Virus record (IMG/VR): IMGVR_UViG_3300037300_000108
Span: 1 to 56,272 of that record
DNA from: a virus
Taxonomy: Duplodnaviria; Caudoviricetes
DNA length: 56,272 nt
Reading direction: 5' to 3' (one strand)
Each line of letters opens with the position of its first letter. Position 1 is the first letter of the stretch. Made by a program: the position numbers and the translations under genes. Under the pieces are notes generated by a model. The model saw nothing but the letters and a program-made list of their open reading frames with translations, had not been told where the DNA came from and did no database searches. Positions 19,076 to 26,821 of the stretch are shown here, piece by piece.

Positions 19076-19483
19076 ATGACAATCACAAACAAACTGACCG
19101 GCGACACAGTAACTCTTGATGGTCGTCCTTTTTGGCTGAATTCGGCGCTTGAATCCAAGGTAGGGATTGCTGTGGCACGAGTACATGCAAACTCCACAAC
19201 CATGCGGCTGCCATCGCCAGAGCAACTGGCGGCTGATCCGTTGCTTAATCAGTACTGGGCCGATGCCAGCAACACAGGTCGTCTGCAAAATTACCTGATC
19301 GACCTGACGGAGGATGACCTGTCCGCTTATGGCTTGGCACCTGGTATTTTTGACGGTTTGAGGGTTAATGATGGCCCACGGCCAAAAACCAACACGACCA
19401 CAAAAGTCTTATCCGCAAAGCGGCATCAGCAGTCTCAAGAGTGGCTACAAAACGACTGTATCGGACAACCATCCGATTACTGA
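19076..19483 (+). CDS. Hypothetical early protein
   Basis: 135 aa with the conserved leader. Confidence 0.65.
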   Translation: MTITNKLTGDTVTLDGRPFWLNSALESKVGIAVARVHANSTTMRLPSPEQLAADPLLNQYWADASNTGRLQNYLIDLTEDDLSAYGLAPGIFDGLRVNDGPRPKTNTTTKVLSAKRHQQSQEWLQNDCIGQPSDY

Positions 19484-19601
19484 GCACAGAAAAACAAAGG
19501 CCACCATGACCACACCGTGAAGCCTTACGCGTAGGGCTTTGCAGTGCGATACAGCACCAACGCCAAGCAATACCGCTTGGCACAACTAAAGGACACGCAA
19601 A

Positions 19602-20273
19602 ATGAACTACGCAACGAACCCGTTCGGGCCTGACCAAGGCGAAGGCATGGCCATCGCCCAGGATATTATCGTGACGGCAGCCCAGCAGTCTGGCGCACGC
19701 CAATGGGCGACCGTGGCCCGTGGTGCAGCTCTGCTGGCTCAGCAAGCCATTACGGCCCGAGATTGGGCGCATCTCCAACAGGCGGAAGATATTATAAATT
19801 CTCCGCAGGCAAGCGGCGATCTGGTTATTGCCGCCATATTTGGCGGCAATGGTCCAGACCTGGGCAACCGCCTGCTGGCGGCCCTACACGCTGTTGGCTT
19901 AACTGCAAGCGATGAGGACGTCAAGGCTGCAAAAGCGGCAGTGGCTGCCAATCGCCGCGAGCGCGCCCACGCAGCCAGCCAGCGCCAGCAAGCGGAAAAC
20001 GCTGCGCACAACATTGTGCGCAGCCAGAAACGCCACGAGCTGGCGGCGGAAAAGGCCGAAATCGTCCGCTCAGCCGGGATTGCGGTTGGTGATCTTGTGG
20101 AGGTGAGCCAGAGCTACAAGCAGTGCAAGCTGGGCAGGGCCACGCTGAAGGCTAGTAACAATTTGGTGGAGGTGTTCAACTTCACCCCATTCGGTGAAAG
20201 CGCGATGGTGCGGGTTACTGCCCTATCATCAAAAGAGCGCCTGTGCATTGCGAAAGTTGAGGAGATCGAATGA
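19602..20273 (+). CDS. Hypothetical early protein
   Basis: 223 aa, Ala rich, with the conserved leader. Confidence 0.7.
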   Translation: MNYATNPFGPDQGEGMAIAQDIIVTAAQQSGARQWATVARGAALLAQQAITARDWAHLQQAEDIINSPQASGDLVIAAIFGGNGPDLGNRLLAALHAVGLTASDEDVKAAKAAVAANRRERAHAASQRQQAENAAHNIVRSQKRHELAAEKAEIVRSAGIAVGDLVEVSQSYKQCKLGRATLKASNNLVEVFNFTPFGESAMVRVTALSSKERLCIAKVEEIE

Positions 20274-20641
20274 TTGCAAACTTGACCCAGCACGCGGCAA
20301 CCGCCGACCAGCTTGCTGCTGGCGTACGCGATATGCCACCCGAGGCTAAATCCGCCCTGGCCGCCCTTTTGACATTTGCCGATCTACCGACCGGCGATGA
20401 TTTACGTCAGCGTGCCAATGCTGTTGTGGCGCTGCTGGTGGACGCATCCGACCGGATGCCTACAACGGCAATGATAGGTGGCGCCCCCTATTTCATGCCG
20501 CCCCTCGTTGATGCTCTAACGCATTATGGCATCCGGTCGGTTTATAGTTTCACGCGACGTGAGAGCGTGGAGTCGGTCAACGTTGACGGTAGCGTTAGTA
20601 AGACAGCCATTTTCAAGCATATTGGTTGGGTAGAGGCATGA
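20270..20641 (+). CDS. Csx20-like small Rossmann protein, candidate ring nuclease
   Basis: NLTQH..T.DQ N-terminus; VYSFTRRESVE....DGSV.K...FKH C-terminus resembling Csx20 from memory. Confidence 0.5.
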   Translation: MIANLTQHAATADQLAAGVRDMPPEAKSALAALLTFADLPTGDDLRQRANAVVALLVDASDRMPTTAMIGGAPYFMPPLVDALTHYGIRSVYSFTRRESVESVNVDGSVSKTAIFKHIGWVEA

Positions 20642-20703
20642 CCCTATGCCCCTCGCCTCATGCCCTGCGCACAGGCTTACAACAACTAGAAAGGACACGC
20701 AAA

Positions 20704-20925
20704 ATGACAAGAGTCAATCGATACGAGCACTTCGCAGCATTACAAGCCTGCGCAACAATACCGCCTGCGTTTGAAGTCGAGGACCAGGTGGAAGCACATG
20801 GCCGCTGGCGCTGCACGCTGGCCAGCGGGCGCACATATGCAGTCGTCCCAGTGGACGGCGGATTTCGGAGAGGCCATCGCTTTGGGAAAACAATCGAGCA
20901 GGCCATGGTCGGCGCGCAACTTTAA
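20704..20925 (+). CDS. Hypothetical early protein
   Basis: Starts at the third copy of the conserved leader (MTRVNRY). Confidence 0.6.
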   Translation: MTRVNRYEHFAALQACATIPPAFEVEDQVEAHGRWRCTLASGRTYAVVPVDGGFRRGHRFGKTIEQAMVGAQL

Positions 20926-21095
20926 AGGTGCAATTATGCAAGTCTTACATTTTAATGTCGGCGGATTTGTTATCCACAAAATACCCCACGGCCTGGTCGA
21001 GCTGTGATCGCGCGCATCATCGGCGCGCTAACCCTTGTCGGCGCTAGCGTCGCCCTCCTACTGTCTTATTTTGATGTTCTAACCAAAGGCTAAAA

Positions 21096-21572
21096 ATGCA
21101 AATACAATCTACAGACGCCGCCGCGTACGCCGTTAACACCGATGACGCGATCATCGCCCAGGCGCTCGGCATACTAGAAAAGCGAGTAAAGACAGGCCCC
21201 ATCTTTGGGAGGCCGGCGGACATTAAAGACTACCTGCGGCTAAAACTCGGCACGCTTGAGCATGAGATTTTTGTAGTGCTGTTTTTAGACAGCCAACACC
21301 GCCTCATCGCGCTGGAAGAAATGTTTCGCGGCACCTTGAACCAAACCAGTGTCTACCCCCGAGAGGTCGTTAAACGCACGCTGGCCCTGAACGCCGGCAG
21401 CGTGGTACTGGCGCACAACCATCCTAGCGGCAGCGCCCAGCCGTCGCGCGCCGACGAAATGCTGACGCAAACCCTGAAAACCGCGCTGGCGCTGATCGAT
21501 GTGCAGGTACTTGACCATTTTATCGTGACTTGCACGGAATCAGTATCAATGGCCGAACTTGGCCTACTTTGA
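21096..21572 (+). CDS. radC: RadC-like JAB domain protein
   Basis: [11 protein letters not shown]...VYPREVVK...LAHNHPSG...PSRAD...VLDHFIV. Confidence 0.93.
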   Translation: MQIQSTDAAAYAVNTDDAIIAQALGILEKRVKTGPIFGRPADIKDYLRLKLGTLEHEIFVVLFLDSQHRLIALEEMFRGTLNQTSVYPREVVKRTLALNAGSVVLAHNHPSGSAQPSRADEMLTQTLKTALALIDVQVLDHFIVTCTESVSMAELGLL

Positions 21573-21605
21573 TGTATACACAAACATTTTAGAGAGACGC
21601 AAACC

Positions 21606-21794
21606 ATGACCGCATCACAATTATTAAACCGCGCCAGTTGGTATCGTGCAGAGGGACAGATTGACCACGCCGAAGCGGCAGAGGCCGAAGCCGCCCATTT
21701 GAGCGGACTACAGGCCGTCGAAGCTGATGCCTTTGCCTTACAGCACACGATCAACCATCCCCGCAGCACGACAGCACAAAACCAACTTTTTTAA
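21606..21794 (+). CDS. Hypothetical protein
   Basis: ORF with a variant leader. Confidence 0.5.
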   Translation: MTASQLLNRASWYRAEGQIDHAEAAEAEAAHLSGLQAVEADAFALQHTINHPRSTTAQNQLF

Positions 21795-21802
21795 GGTACA
21801 CA

Positions 21803-22051
21803 ATGATACACACAATTAACGGAAATAATTTTCACGGTGACTTTTTGGTAACTGTTCGCGGGCCTGCTGCGGGGTTTTTATTAAGCGCAAAGCAGTACAA
21901 AAAGATAACGGATGTGCTGTGTGGTTGCAAGAGCTGCCAGTGTGGCGGAGGCTACGGACAAGGGCCGGATGCTGATAGCGCCACTATAGAGCATGTCGGC
22001 TATGACAAAGTTGCACTCATTCCCGCAGCTCTTAAAAAGGCAATAGCATGA
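21803..22051 (+). CDS. Hypothetical Cys-cluster protein
   Basis: LCGCKSCQCGG; AAGG RBS. Confidence 0.6.
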   Translation: MIHTINGNNFHGDFLVTVRGPAAGFLLSAKQYKKITDVLCGCKSCQCGGGYGQGPDADSATIEHVGYDKVALIPAALKKAIA

Positions 22052-22347
22052 CCACCGACGAAGCACGCGCACGAATCAAAATTCAGGCAGCCGAACTACG
22101 AAAGCAAGTAGAGGAGCGAGAGCAGCGCCGCAAAGTTGAACGCGCAACGCCGCCCGCTTATCTAAGCACCAGTGACGGACGCTGGCGGATTATCTCTCAG
22201 GGTTTGCCCGTATGTTCCGAGCAAGCAACAGCCGCCGAAGCGATGAGGTTCGCCGAGAAATACCACATGAAAATGGCGCCCGTGGCATGGAACGGCGACC
22301 GTGTCGAATGGGTGGATAGGGATGCCATCGATGAATTGTCAGCGTGA
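22048..22347 (+). CDS. Hypothetical protein
   Basis: ATGA-coupled ORF. Confidence 0.6.
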   Translation: MTTDEARARIKIQAAELRKQVEEREQRRKVERATPPAYLSTSDGRWRIISQGLPVCSEQATAAEAMRFAEKYHMKMAPVAWNGDRVEWVDRDAIDELSA

Positions 22348-22495
22348 CCTACATAGTCACCATCGAGAAGGATGGGCATAGGTTTCAGCTCGTAATGACC
22401 GCCCAGTCTAAGCCAGAGGCAATTCGTGCAACGCTGGAGGCTTTTCGGAAAAACCCTAGCCCGACTAACTTTTTAATCTCCATCGAGGAATCGTC

Positions 22496-22732
22496 ATGAC
22501 AAAAGATCAATCAGAAATGTACAGCCTTATGCAAGATGCTCATATGGAGCAGGACGAAAACCATCGAGAAATGATTCAAATTTACAACTTGTGCCAATTT
22601 ATCTCCAAAGCACCGATGAGCCATGCGACCGTAAAGCAAATGCTGATTGTGCTGGCGAACAGCATGGCCAACTCTCACCGGTTTGCCCCTAGCGAGGTTG
22701 ATGCAGTGGATGATCTGTCCATCCGCTTCTAG
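22496..22732 (+). CDS. Hypothetical protein
   Basis: GAGG RBS; last gene before a terminator. Confidence 0.6.
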   Translation: MTKDQSEMYSLMQDAHMEQDENHREMIQIYNLCQFISKAPMSHATVKQMLIVLANSMANSHRFAPSEVDAVDDLSIRF

Positions 22733-22750
22733 CCTCCATCGAGGAATAGC

Positions 22751-22773
22751 CCGCCCACTGAGGCGGTTTTTTT
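22751..22773 (+). terminator. Intrinsic terminator of the early operon
   Basis: CCGCC-CACTGA-GGCGG-TTTTTTT. Confidence 0.8.
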
Positions 22774-22786
22774 ACGTTTATTGGTT

Positions 22787-23125
22787 TCCCCATAGGTCGA
22801 GCCGCCACCAGATGACCCCTCGCGTTTGCATTGGGTTCTGGTAGCGCTCCACCGTCGAGACTGCTGCCTCGGGCCAAGTGCGGTTTACTGGCAAAAATAC
22901 GCCAGCTCTGCCGTATGCTATTTCCATCTGGGTGGTGCTTTTAAGGTACACCCTAGCGCCTCCGCCTTACCCCTACGTCCTACGTGCTTACCCAGTTTCC
23001 TCACCGCCTCGCATAATTTGCGGCATCCCCCCGGCTCGACTAAAAGGGGGCCAATCAACGCTTCATTGGATAGGTGTTTGGTTCCGCGCAGCCCATGCAG
23101 GCTCTTGCTATCGTGCGGAGTACGG
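22787..23125 (-). ncRNA. Candidate large structured RNA (strand inferred)
   Basis: Long-range pairings 22796-22804/23032-23040 and 22805-22814/22925-22935, several local hairpins, no convincing ORF. Confidence 0.4.
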
Positions 23126-23151
23126 CGCGGCGTGGAAATTTAGGCATGAAA

Positions 23152-23250
23152 AAAGCCGTTGAGACAGACTCCGATGGAAACTCATCCAAGGATGATGCCC
23201 CAAAAGGGGTCGGAGTCTGACTAAACGGCTTTCAGGCACAAAGGTTTCCA
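23152..23250 (-). ncRNA. c4/CI-like antisense RNA element
   Basis: Outer stem AAAGCCGTT/AACGGCTTT, inner stem CAGACTCCGA/TCGGAGTCTG, two small hairpins; junction TGGAAAC (23175) complementary to GTTTCCA (23244). Confidence 0.55.
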
Positions 23251-23274
23251 CACCCAGCGAACATAGTGTAGCTC

Positions 23275-23340
23275 AAAAAAAGACCCGACACAAGGGCCGG
23301 GTCAAAGATCAACAACTAGGAGATTGCACGGCAACGTGCC
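23275..23340 (-). ncRNA. Candidate antisense sRNA with intrinsic terminator
   Basis: 5' hairpin GCACG/CGTGC, single-stranded AATCTCCTAGTTGTT, terminator GACCCG/CGGGTC-T7; -10-like TACACT at 23346-23351. Confidence 0.55.
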
Positions 23341-23463
23341 TCGCCAGTGTACACCCGTAGAAGATAGTCTATGGCTATTGAGATTAAGATTTTGATAGCT
23401 ACAATTAACATCAAATCATTGCAAAGGAGTGTAATATATGGGCTAAACAACTAGGAGATTTAT

Positions 23464-23622
23464 ATGAACGTAGCAGTAGTAATTTTTGGAGTGCTTTGCA
23501 CAATTGCCTGGTTTAACCACATATTTACTTGTTTCGCAGAGGGTTTATGGGGCTTCCTGTTAGTGGGAGCCATCATGTTTCCCATCGGAATCCTTCATGG
23601 CTTTTACCTTTGGTTCAACTAA
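23464..23622 (+). CDS. Small membrane protein (52 aa, not in ORF track)
   Basis: AGGAG RBS; MNVAVVIFGVLCTIAWFNHIFTCFAEGLWGFLLVGAIMFPIGILHGFYLWFN. Confidence 0.7.
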   Translation: MNVAVVIFGVLCTIAWFNHIFTCFAEGLWGFLLVGAIMFPIGILHGFYLWFN

Positions 23623-23624
23623 TC

Positions 23625-23813
23625 ATGACAAGCATCAAGAACATTTTTCGCTGTCTTACGCCCATAGACTGCGTAATTGCAGAGCTGGAAGAAGCCGAAC
23701 ACGCTTTGCTACGCGCCGAGACGGGTGTCGAGTACGCCCAAGCGTTGGTTATATACAACAAAAACCGAGTAAAGCGCCTGAGCGCGTACATCAAAGAACA
23801 GGAGGCAGCATGA
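23625..23813 (+). CDS. Hypothetical coiled-coil protein
   Basis: MTSIKNIFR...ELEEAEHALLRAETGVEYA. Confidence 0.65.
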   Translation: MTSIKNIFRCLTPIDCVIAELEEAEHALLRAETGVEYAQALVIYNKNRVKRLSAYIKEQEAA

Positions 23814-24226
23814 CTACAACAGCATGGGCACACTTGCCCAACGCAAAGGATATTGACCGTGTGTTGGCGAGCCTTGCGGCTCATCCCCAGAAGTGGAGAG
23901 CAGCATGGGACGCAGCAAGAGCCGCAGCAAGAGCCGCAGCACGGGACGCAGCACGGGGCGCAGCACGGGACGCAGCACGGGGCGCAGTATGGGACGCAGC
24001 ATGGGACGCAGCATGGGACGCAGCACGGGACGCAGCACGGGGCGCAGCACGGGACGCAGCACGGGGCGCAGTATGGGACGCAATAGCAGCACTTATAGCG
24101 TGGGACGACTGTGCATACATGCTTGAGCTGCCCGAGGACGAACTCAAGATATTACGTGCGGCAGGCAACGAGCAAGCAATATTGCTATCAGCGGCAGCAA
24201 AAGTACTAAGGGAGGCATCGTCATGA
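23810..24226 (+). CDS. AARD/AAWD repeat protein
   Basis: WAHLPNA...LAS N-terminus followed by tandem 4-aa repeats. Confidence 0.75.
   Translation: MTTTAWAHLPNAKDIDRVLASLAAHPQKWRAAWDAARAAARAAARDAARGAARDAARGAVWDAAWDAAWDAARDAARGAARDAARGAVWDAIAALIAWDDCAYMLELPEDELKILRAAGNEQAILLSAAAKVLREASS
23899..24081 (+). repeat. 12-bp tandem repeat (about 15 units, GCAGCA[C/T]GGG[A/G]C)
   Basis: Directly visible; encodes AARD/AARG/AAWD. Confidence 0.9.
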
Positions 24227-24486
24227 CTAAGTATTGTGACGGAACAACAGCGCTGACACCGTGCCCGCACCCCGAGGACTGCACGGTTTCTTGTGAGTTT
24301 AATGATGCCGTGGTGTTGCGCAAAGTCAAACCGTACCCACGCGTGCCGACCGATCTGATTGAAGCCGACCGCGAGGAAGGCTCAAAGATCGCCCGCCGTT
24401 TGATTGTGGCCATAAAGGTCTTTTTGTTTCTCTGGGTGTTGCTCATGGCCATGTCGGGGATGTTTTTATGGAGCCTGTTTATATGA
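24223..24486 (+). CDS. Hypothetical protein with Cys cluster and C-terminal TM helix
   Basis: ATGA-coupled ORF. Confidence 0.6.
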   Translation: MTKYCDGTTALTPCPHPEDCTVSCEFNDAVVLRKVKPYPRVPTDLIEADREEGSKIARRLIVAIKVFLFLWVLLMAMSGMFLWSLFI

Positions 24487-24692
24487 CTGACAAAGATACT
24501 GGCGGGCCAGCGTTCCCAACTGGCACGGGCGTAACGCCATACGCACCCGGCATGCTGCTGCGAGATTACTTTGCAGCCAAGGCAATGCAGGGGCTGCTTT
24601 CCGACACCAGCATCAAAGGCGCTGTTTTAGAATTTGCTGCACGGTCTTATGTCATGGCCGACGCCATGCTTGCCGCTAGGGAGGCTAAATGA
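24483..24692 (+). CDS. Conserved phage protein (GGPAFP...LRDYFAAKAMQ)
   Basis: Widespread small phage family motif. Confidence 0.75.
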   Translation: MTDKDTGGPAFPTGTGVTPYAPGMLLRDYFAAKAMQGLLSDTSIKGAVLEFAARSYVMADAMLAAREAK

Positions 24693-24934
24693 CTGACAAA
24701 GAAATCATGCAGCAAGCGCTGGATGCGCTGGAAACGAAAGGTGAGCACCACCCAAGAGTGTATGAAGCCATCACCGCACTGCGCTCACGGCTTGAGCAGC
24801 CAGCCGCATGGCAGGGGCTGACGGATGATGAGATCAAAGGAATCATTGGGGCTTGGGGCGACACGCCAATCAAAGGCTACACACGCAAACTGTTCGATCA
24901 GATTGAAACTAAATTAAAGGAAAAAAACACATGA
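24689..24934 (+). CDS. Hypothetical protein (W.GLTD.EI...KLKEKNT family)
   Basis: Coupled ORF. Confidence 0.7.
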   Translation: MTDKEIMQQALDALETKGEHHPRVYEAITALRSRLEQPAAWQGLTDDEIKGIIGAWGDTPIKGYTRKLFDQIETKLKEKNT

Positions 24935-25311
24935 ACTACCAAGAACTTAAGCATCAGGCTGCGCAATACGAAAGCATGAAACAAAACGTCCAAATCGTGC
25001 AGCCAGGTAACGGCATACGCGGAGCAGTGCCAAGTGGACCGTATACGGATTCACCCACAGCACAGAAAGAAATGCCCGTGCCCACAGAGATGGGCCGTCT
25101 CAAAGACAGACTGCACTCGCTGCTTAACCGCATACAACACCTTGAGGAGTGTCTGCACCCAGTGCTTAGAGAGACTCTGCCAACAACCGAGCGCGTGCAG
25201 CAAGACTGCGCGGGAACATCCCAGTTAGCAGGCTCGATCTACGTGATGTCTGTACTGGTCGAGGACATGACGTACAGGATAAACGACCTCGCCGAGCGCG
25301 TGGAGCTGTGA
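24931..25311 (+). CDS. Hypothetical protein
   Basis: Coupled ORF. Confidence 0.6.
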   Translation: MNYQELKHQAAQYESMKQNVQIVQPGNGIRGAVPSGPYTDSPTAQKEMPVPTEMGRLKDRLHSLLNRIQHLEECLHPVLRETLPTTERVQQDCAGTSQLAGSIYVMSVLVEDMTYRINDLAERVEL

Positions 25312-25655
25312 GCATGACCACGCAAATTACAAAGACATGGTTTGACGGAGAAAAAATCGTGACCCAAAACATTCCTAAAGCTGACATATACAAGCCTGAG
25401 CAGAAGCCAACAGCTTGGGTCTACCCCGAAGGGCTTGATGCTTTTCAGCAGCGCCAGCCGTGGACTGCTTACGGGACAGACGGCGATGGGCGCATCCCTC
25501 TTTACAAATCACCACAACAGAAGCCTTGGGTCGGGCTGACGGACAAAGAAATAAACTACGCGATAGAAACCAGTAAAAACGTCGAAGGTAGCCTTGTGTT
25601 GCCATACGGATACGCGCGTGATATAGAAGCCAAACTCAAGGAAAAAAACACATGA
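25308..25655 (+). CDS. Hypothetical protein (W.GLTD.EI...KLKEKNT family)
   Basis: Coupled ORF sharing its C-terminal module with 24689..24934. Confidence 0.7.
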   Translation: MSMTTQITKTWFDGEKIVTQNIPKADIYKPEQKPTAWVYPEGLDAFQQRQPWTAYGTDGDGRIPLYKSPQQKPWVGLTDKEINYAIETSKNVEGSLVLPYGYARDIEAKLKEKNT

Positions 25656-25855
25656 TATTCACAGACTGGATACACCGGTTTGCCCTCGACACGCTAACCT
25701 CAAAGGACTTGGCCCGACTACACGCCGCCTTTGAAGCGGGTCAAGACCACGAGCGTGAGGCGTGTGCGAAGTTGCTAGACGATGCTACGGGCACAAATTC
25801 AATCGTTAGCTGTGCCAGCGCCGCGAAAGCAATCAGAGCAAGGAACCAAGAGTGA
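25652..25855 (+). CDS. Hypothetical protein (EREACAK...AIRAR family)
   Basis: Common phage motif. Confidence 0.65.
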   Translation: MIFTDWIHRFALDTLTSKDLARLHAAFEAGQDHEREACAKLLDDATGTNSIVSCASAAKAIRARNQE

Positions 25856-26301
25856 GCAGAAAAGCGTATCGACCCAAGCCTGTGGTGCTCGATGTCATGG
25901 CGTACGTCAAGGCCAGTATGAAACCGCTGGCTGCCGTCGGTAGTGAGCTGATCAAGCTGCGGATCATTAACCACGATGCGCTTCTGGCGTTGGCGCAAGG
26001 CAGAGCTACTTTAGGCGACATGAACAAGCTGATCGAGGTGGGCAACATAAGCGAGGCGCTGGCACACCAAGGCTTTGGCAAGGACTGGGAGCCCGAGATA
26101 CGTGCTGGGCAAGACGCGTTGCTTACCGTGGCTAGGCGGGACAAGTGGGTCTGCCGCTCCGAAGAGCTGTCTGCCATCCGGGAGATGGTCGAGGTGAGTG
26201 ACGCACAGCTTGACGTGGTGACGGTAGCGCAGATGGAGAAGGGCATGGCCCACATCCGGGAAGTGAAGCGAAACAAACGAGCAAGGAGAATCAGAGAATG
26301 A
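25852..26301 (+). CDS. Conserved phage protein
   Basis: YRPKPV...NHDALLALAQGRAT. Confidence 0.7.
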   Translation: MSRKAYRPKPVVLDVMAYVKASMKPLAAVGSELIKLRIINHDALLALAQGRATLGDMNKLIEVGNISEALAHQGFGKDWEPEIRAGQDALLTVARRDKWVCRSEELSAIREMVEVSDAQLDVVTVAQMEKGMAHIREVKRNKRARRIRE

Positions 26302-26621
26302 CTATAGATCAAATCGCAAACGACCCCGATGCAGGGCGACACACCCCAGGCCCATGGAGGCACCACGTGGGAAACCACGGCGAGTATCTTGTGAGTTGTG
26401 AGTCGTATGGATACGCACCATTGGCCCGAGTCAAGGGTGACAAGCGGTCCACGCTCAAGAGTGCTCACGCTAACGCTCGCATGATCGCCGCCGCGCCCGA
26501 GCTGCTTGAGGCACTGTACGCCACGATGGAGCACTGCTACGACCTCGAACTCTCGGATGAAATTGCCCGTGCCGTTAAGCTAGGCCGCAACGCAATCGCC
26601 AAGGCGGAAGGATTTCGATGA
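26298..26621 (+). CDS. Conserved phage protein (HTPGPW...ANARMIAAAPELLEAL)
   Basis: Common phage motif. Confidence 0.75.
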   Translation: MTIDQIANDPDAGRHTPGPWRHHVGNHGEYLVSCESYGYAPLARVKGDKRSTLKSAHANARMIAAAPELLEALYATMEHCYDLELSDEIARAVKLGRNAIAKAEGFR

Positions 26622-26800
26622 ACTGCCCCATCTGCAACACATGGACTGAACAGATTGATACACGCAAAAGAGCAGGCAGTATTTTTAGGCGATACGAGTG
26701 CGCCAACTTGCACCGTTTTACAACCAAGGACAGAGAAGTTTTTCGAGTTGATGAGGCCAAACAAAGAGTTGGACGACCAAAGAAAAATGACAATGTTTGA
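26618..26800 (+). CDS. Zn-ribbon protein (NrdR N-terminal / Ogr-like)
   Basis: MNCPIC...DTR...RRYECANLHRFTT. Confidence 0.7.
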   Translation: MNCPICNTWTEQIDTRKRAGSIFRRYECANLHRFTTKDREVFRVDEAKQRVGRPKKNDNV

Positions 26801-26821
26801 CCACAATTTACAAGGTTTGCT

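Larger units (their letters stand above)
19063..20707 (+). repeat. Dispersed 17-nt leader AAGGACACGCAAAATGA (19063, 19589, 20691)
   Basis: Three exact copies, each supplying RBS and ATG; variants at 18817 and 21593. Confidence 0.9.

Noticed and set aside
19063-20707. Leader repeats as a mini-CRISPR or att sites
   Set aside because: Spacing is hundreds of bp to over 1 kb, each copy is an RBS plus ATG, and no integrase is present
21096-21572. JAB protease as the enzyme cleaving the x-x-x-G-G motifs
   Set aside because: It is RadC-type, lies in the early region on the opposite strand, and no ubiquitin-like fold is evident
22820-23010. RNase P RNA-like words on the minus strand (GAGGAAAC, GTAAACC, CAGAACCC)
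   Set aside because: The P4 pairing GAAAGUCC...GGCUUA is absent, so it was kept only as an unnamed structured RNA
23899-24081. Possible CRISPR array
   Set aside because: 12-bp tandem units without unique spacers, in frame within a protein
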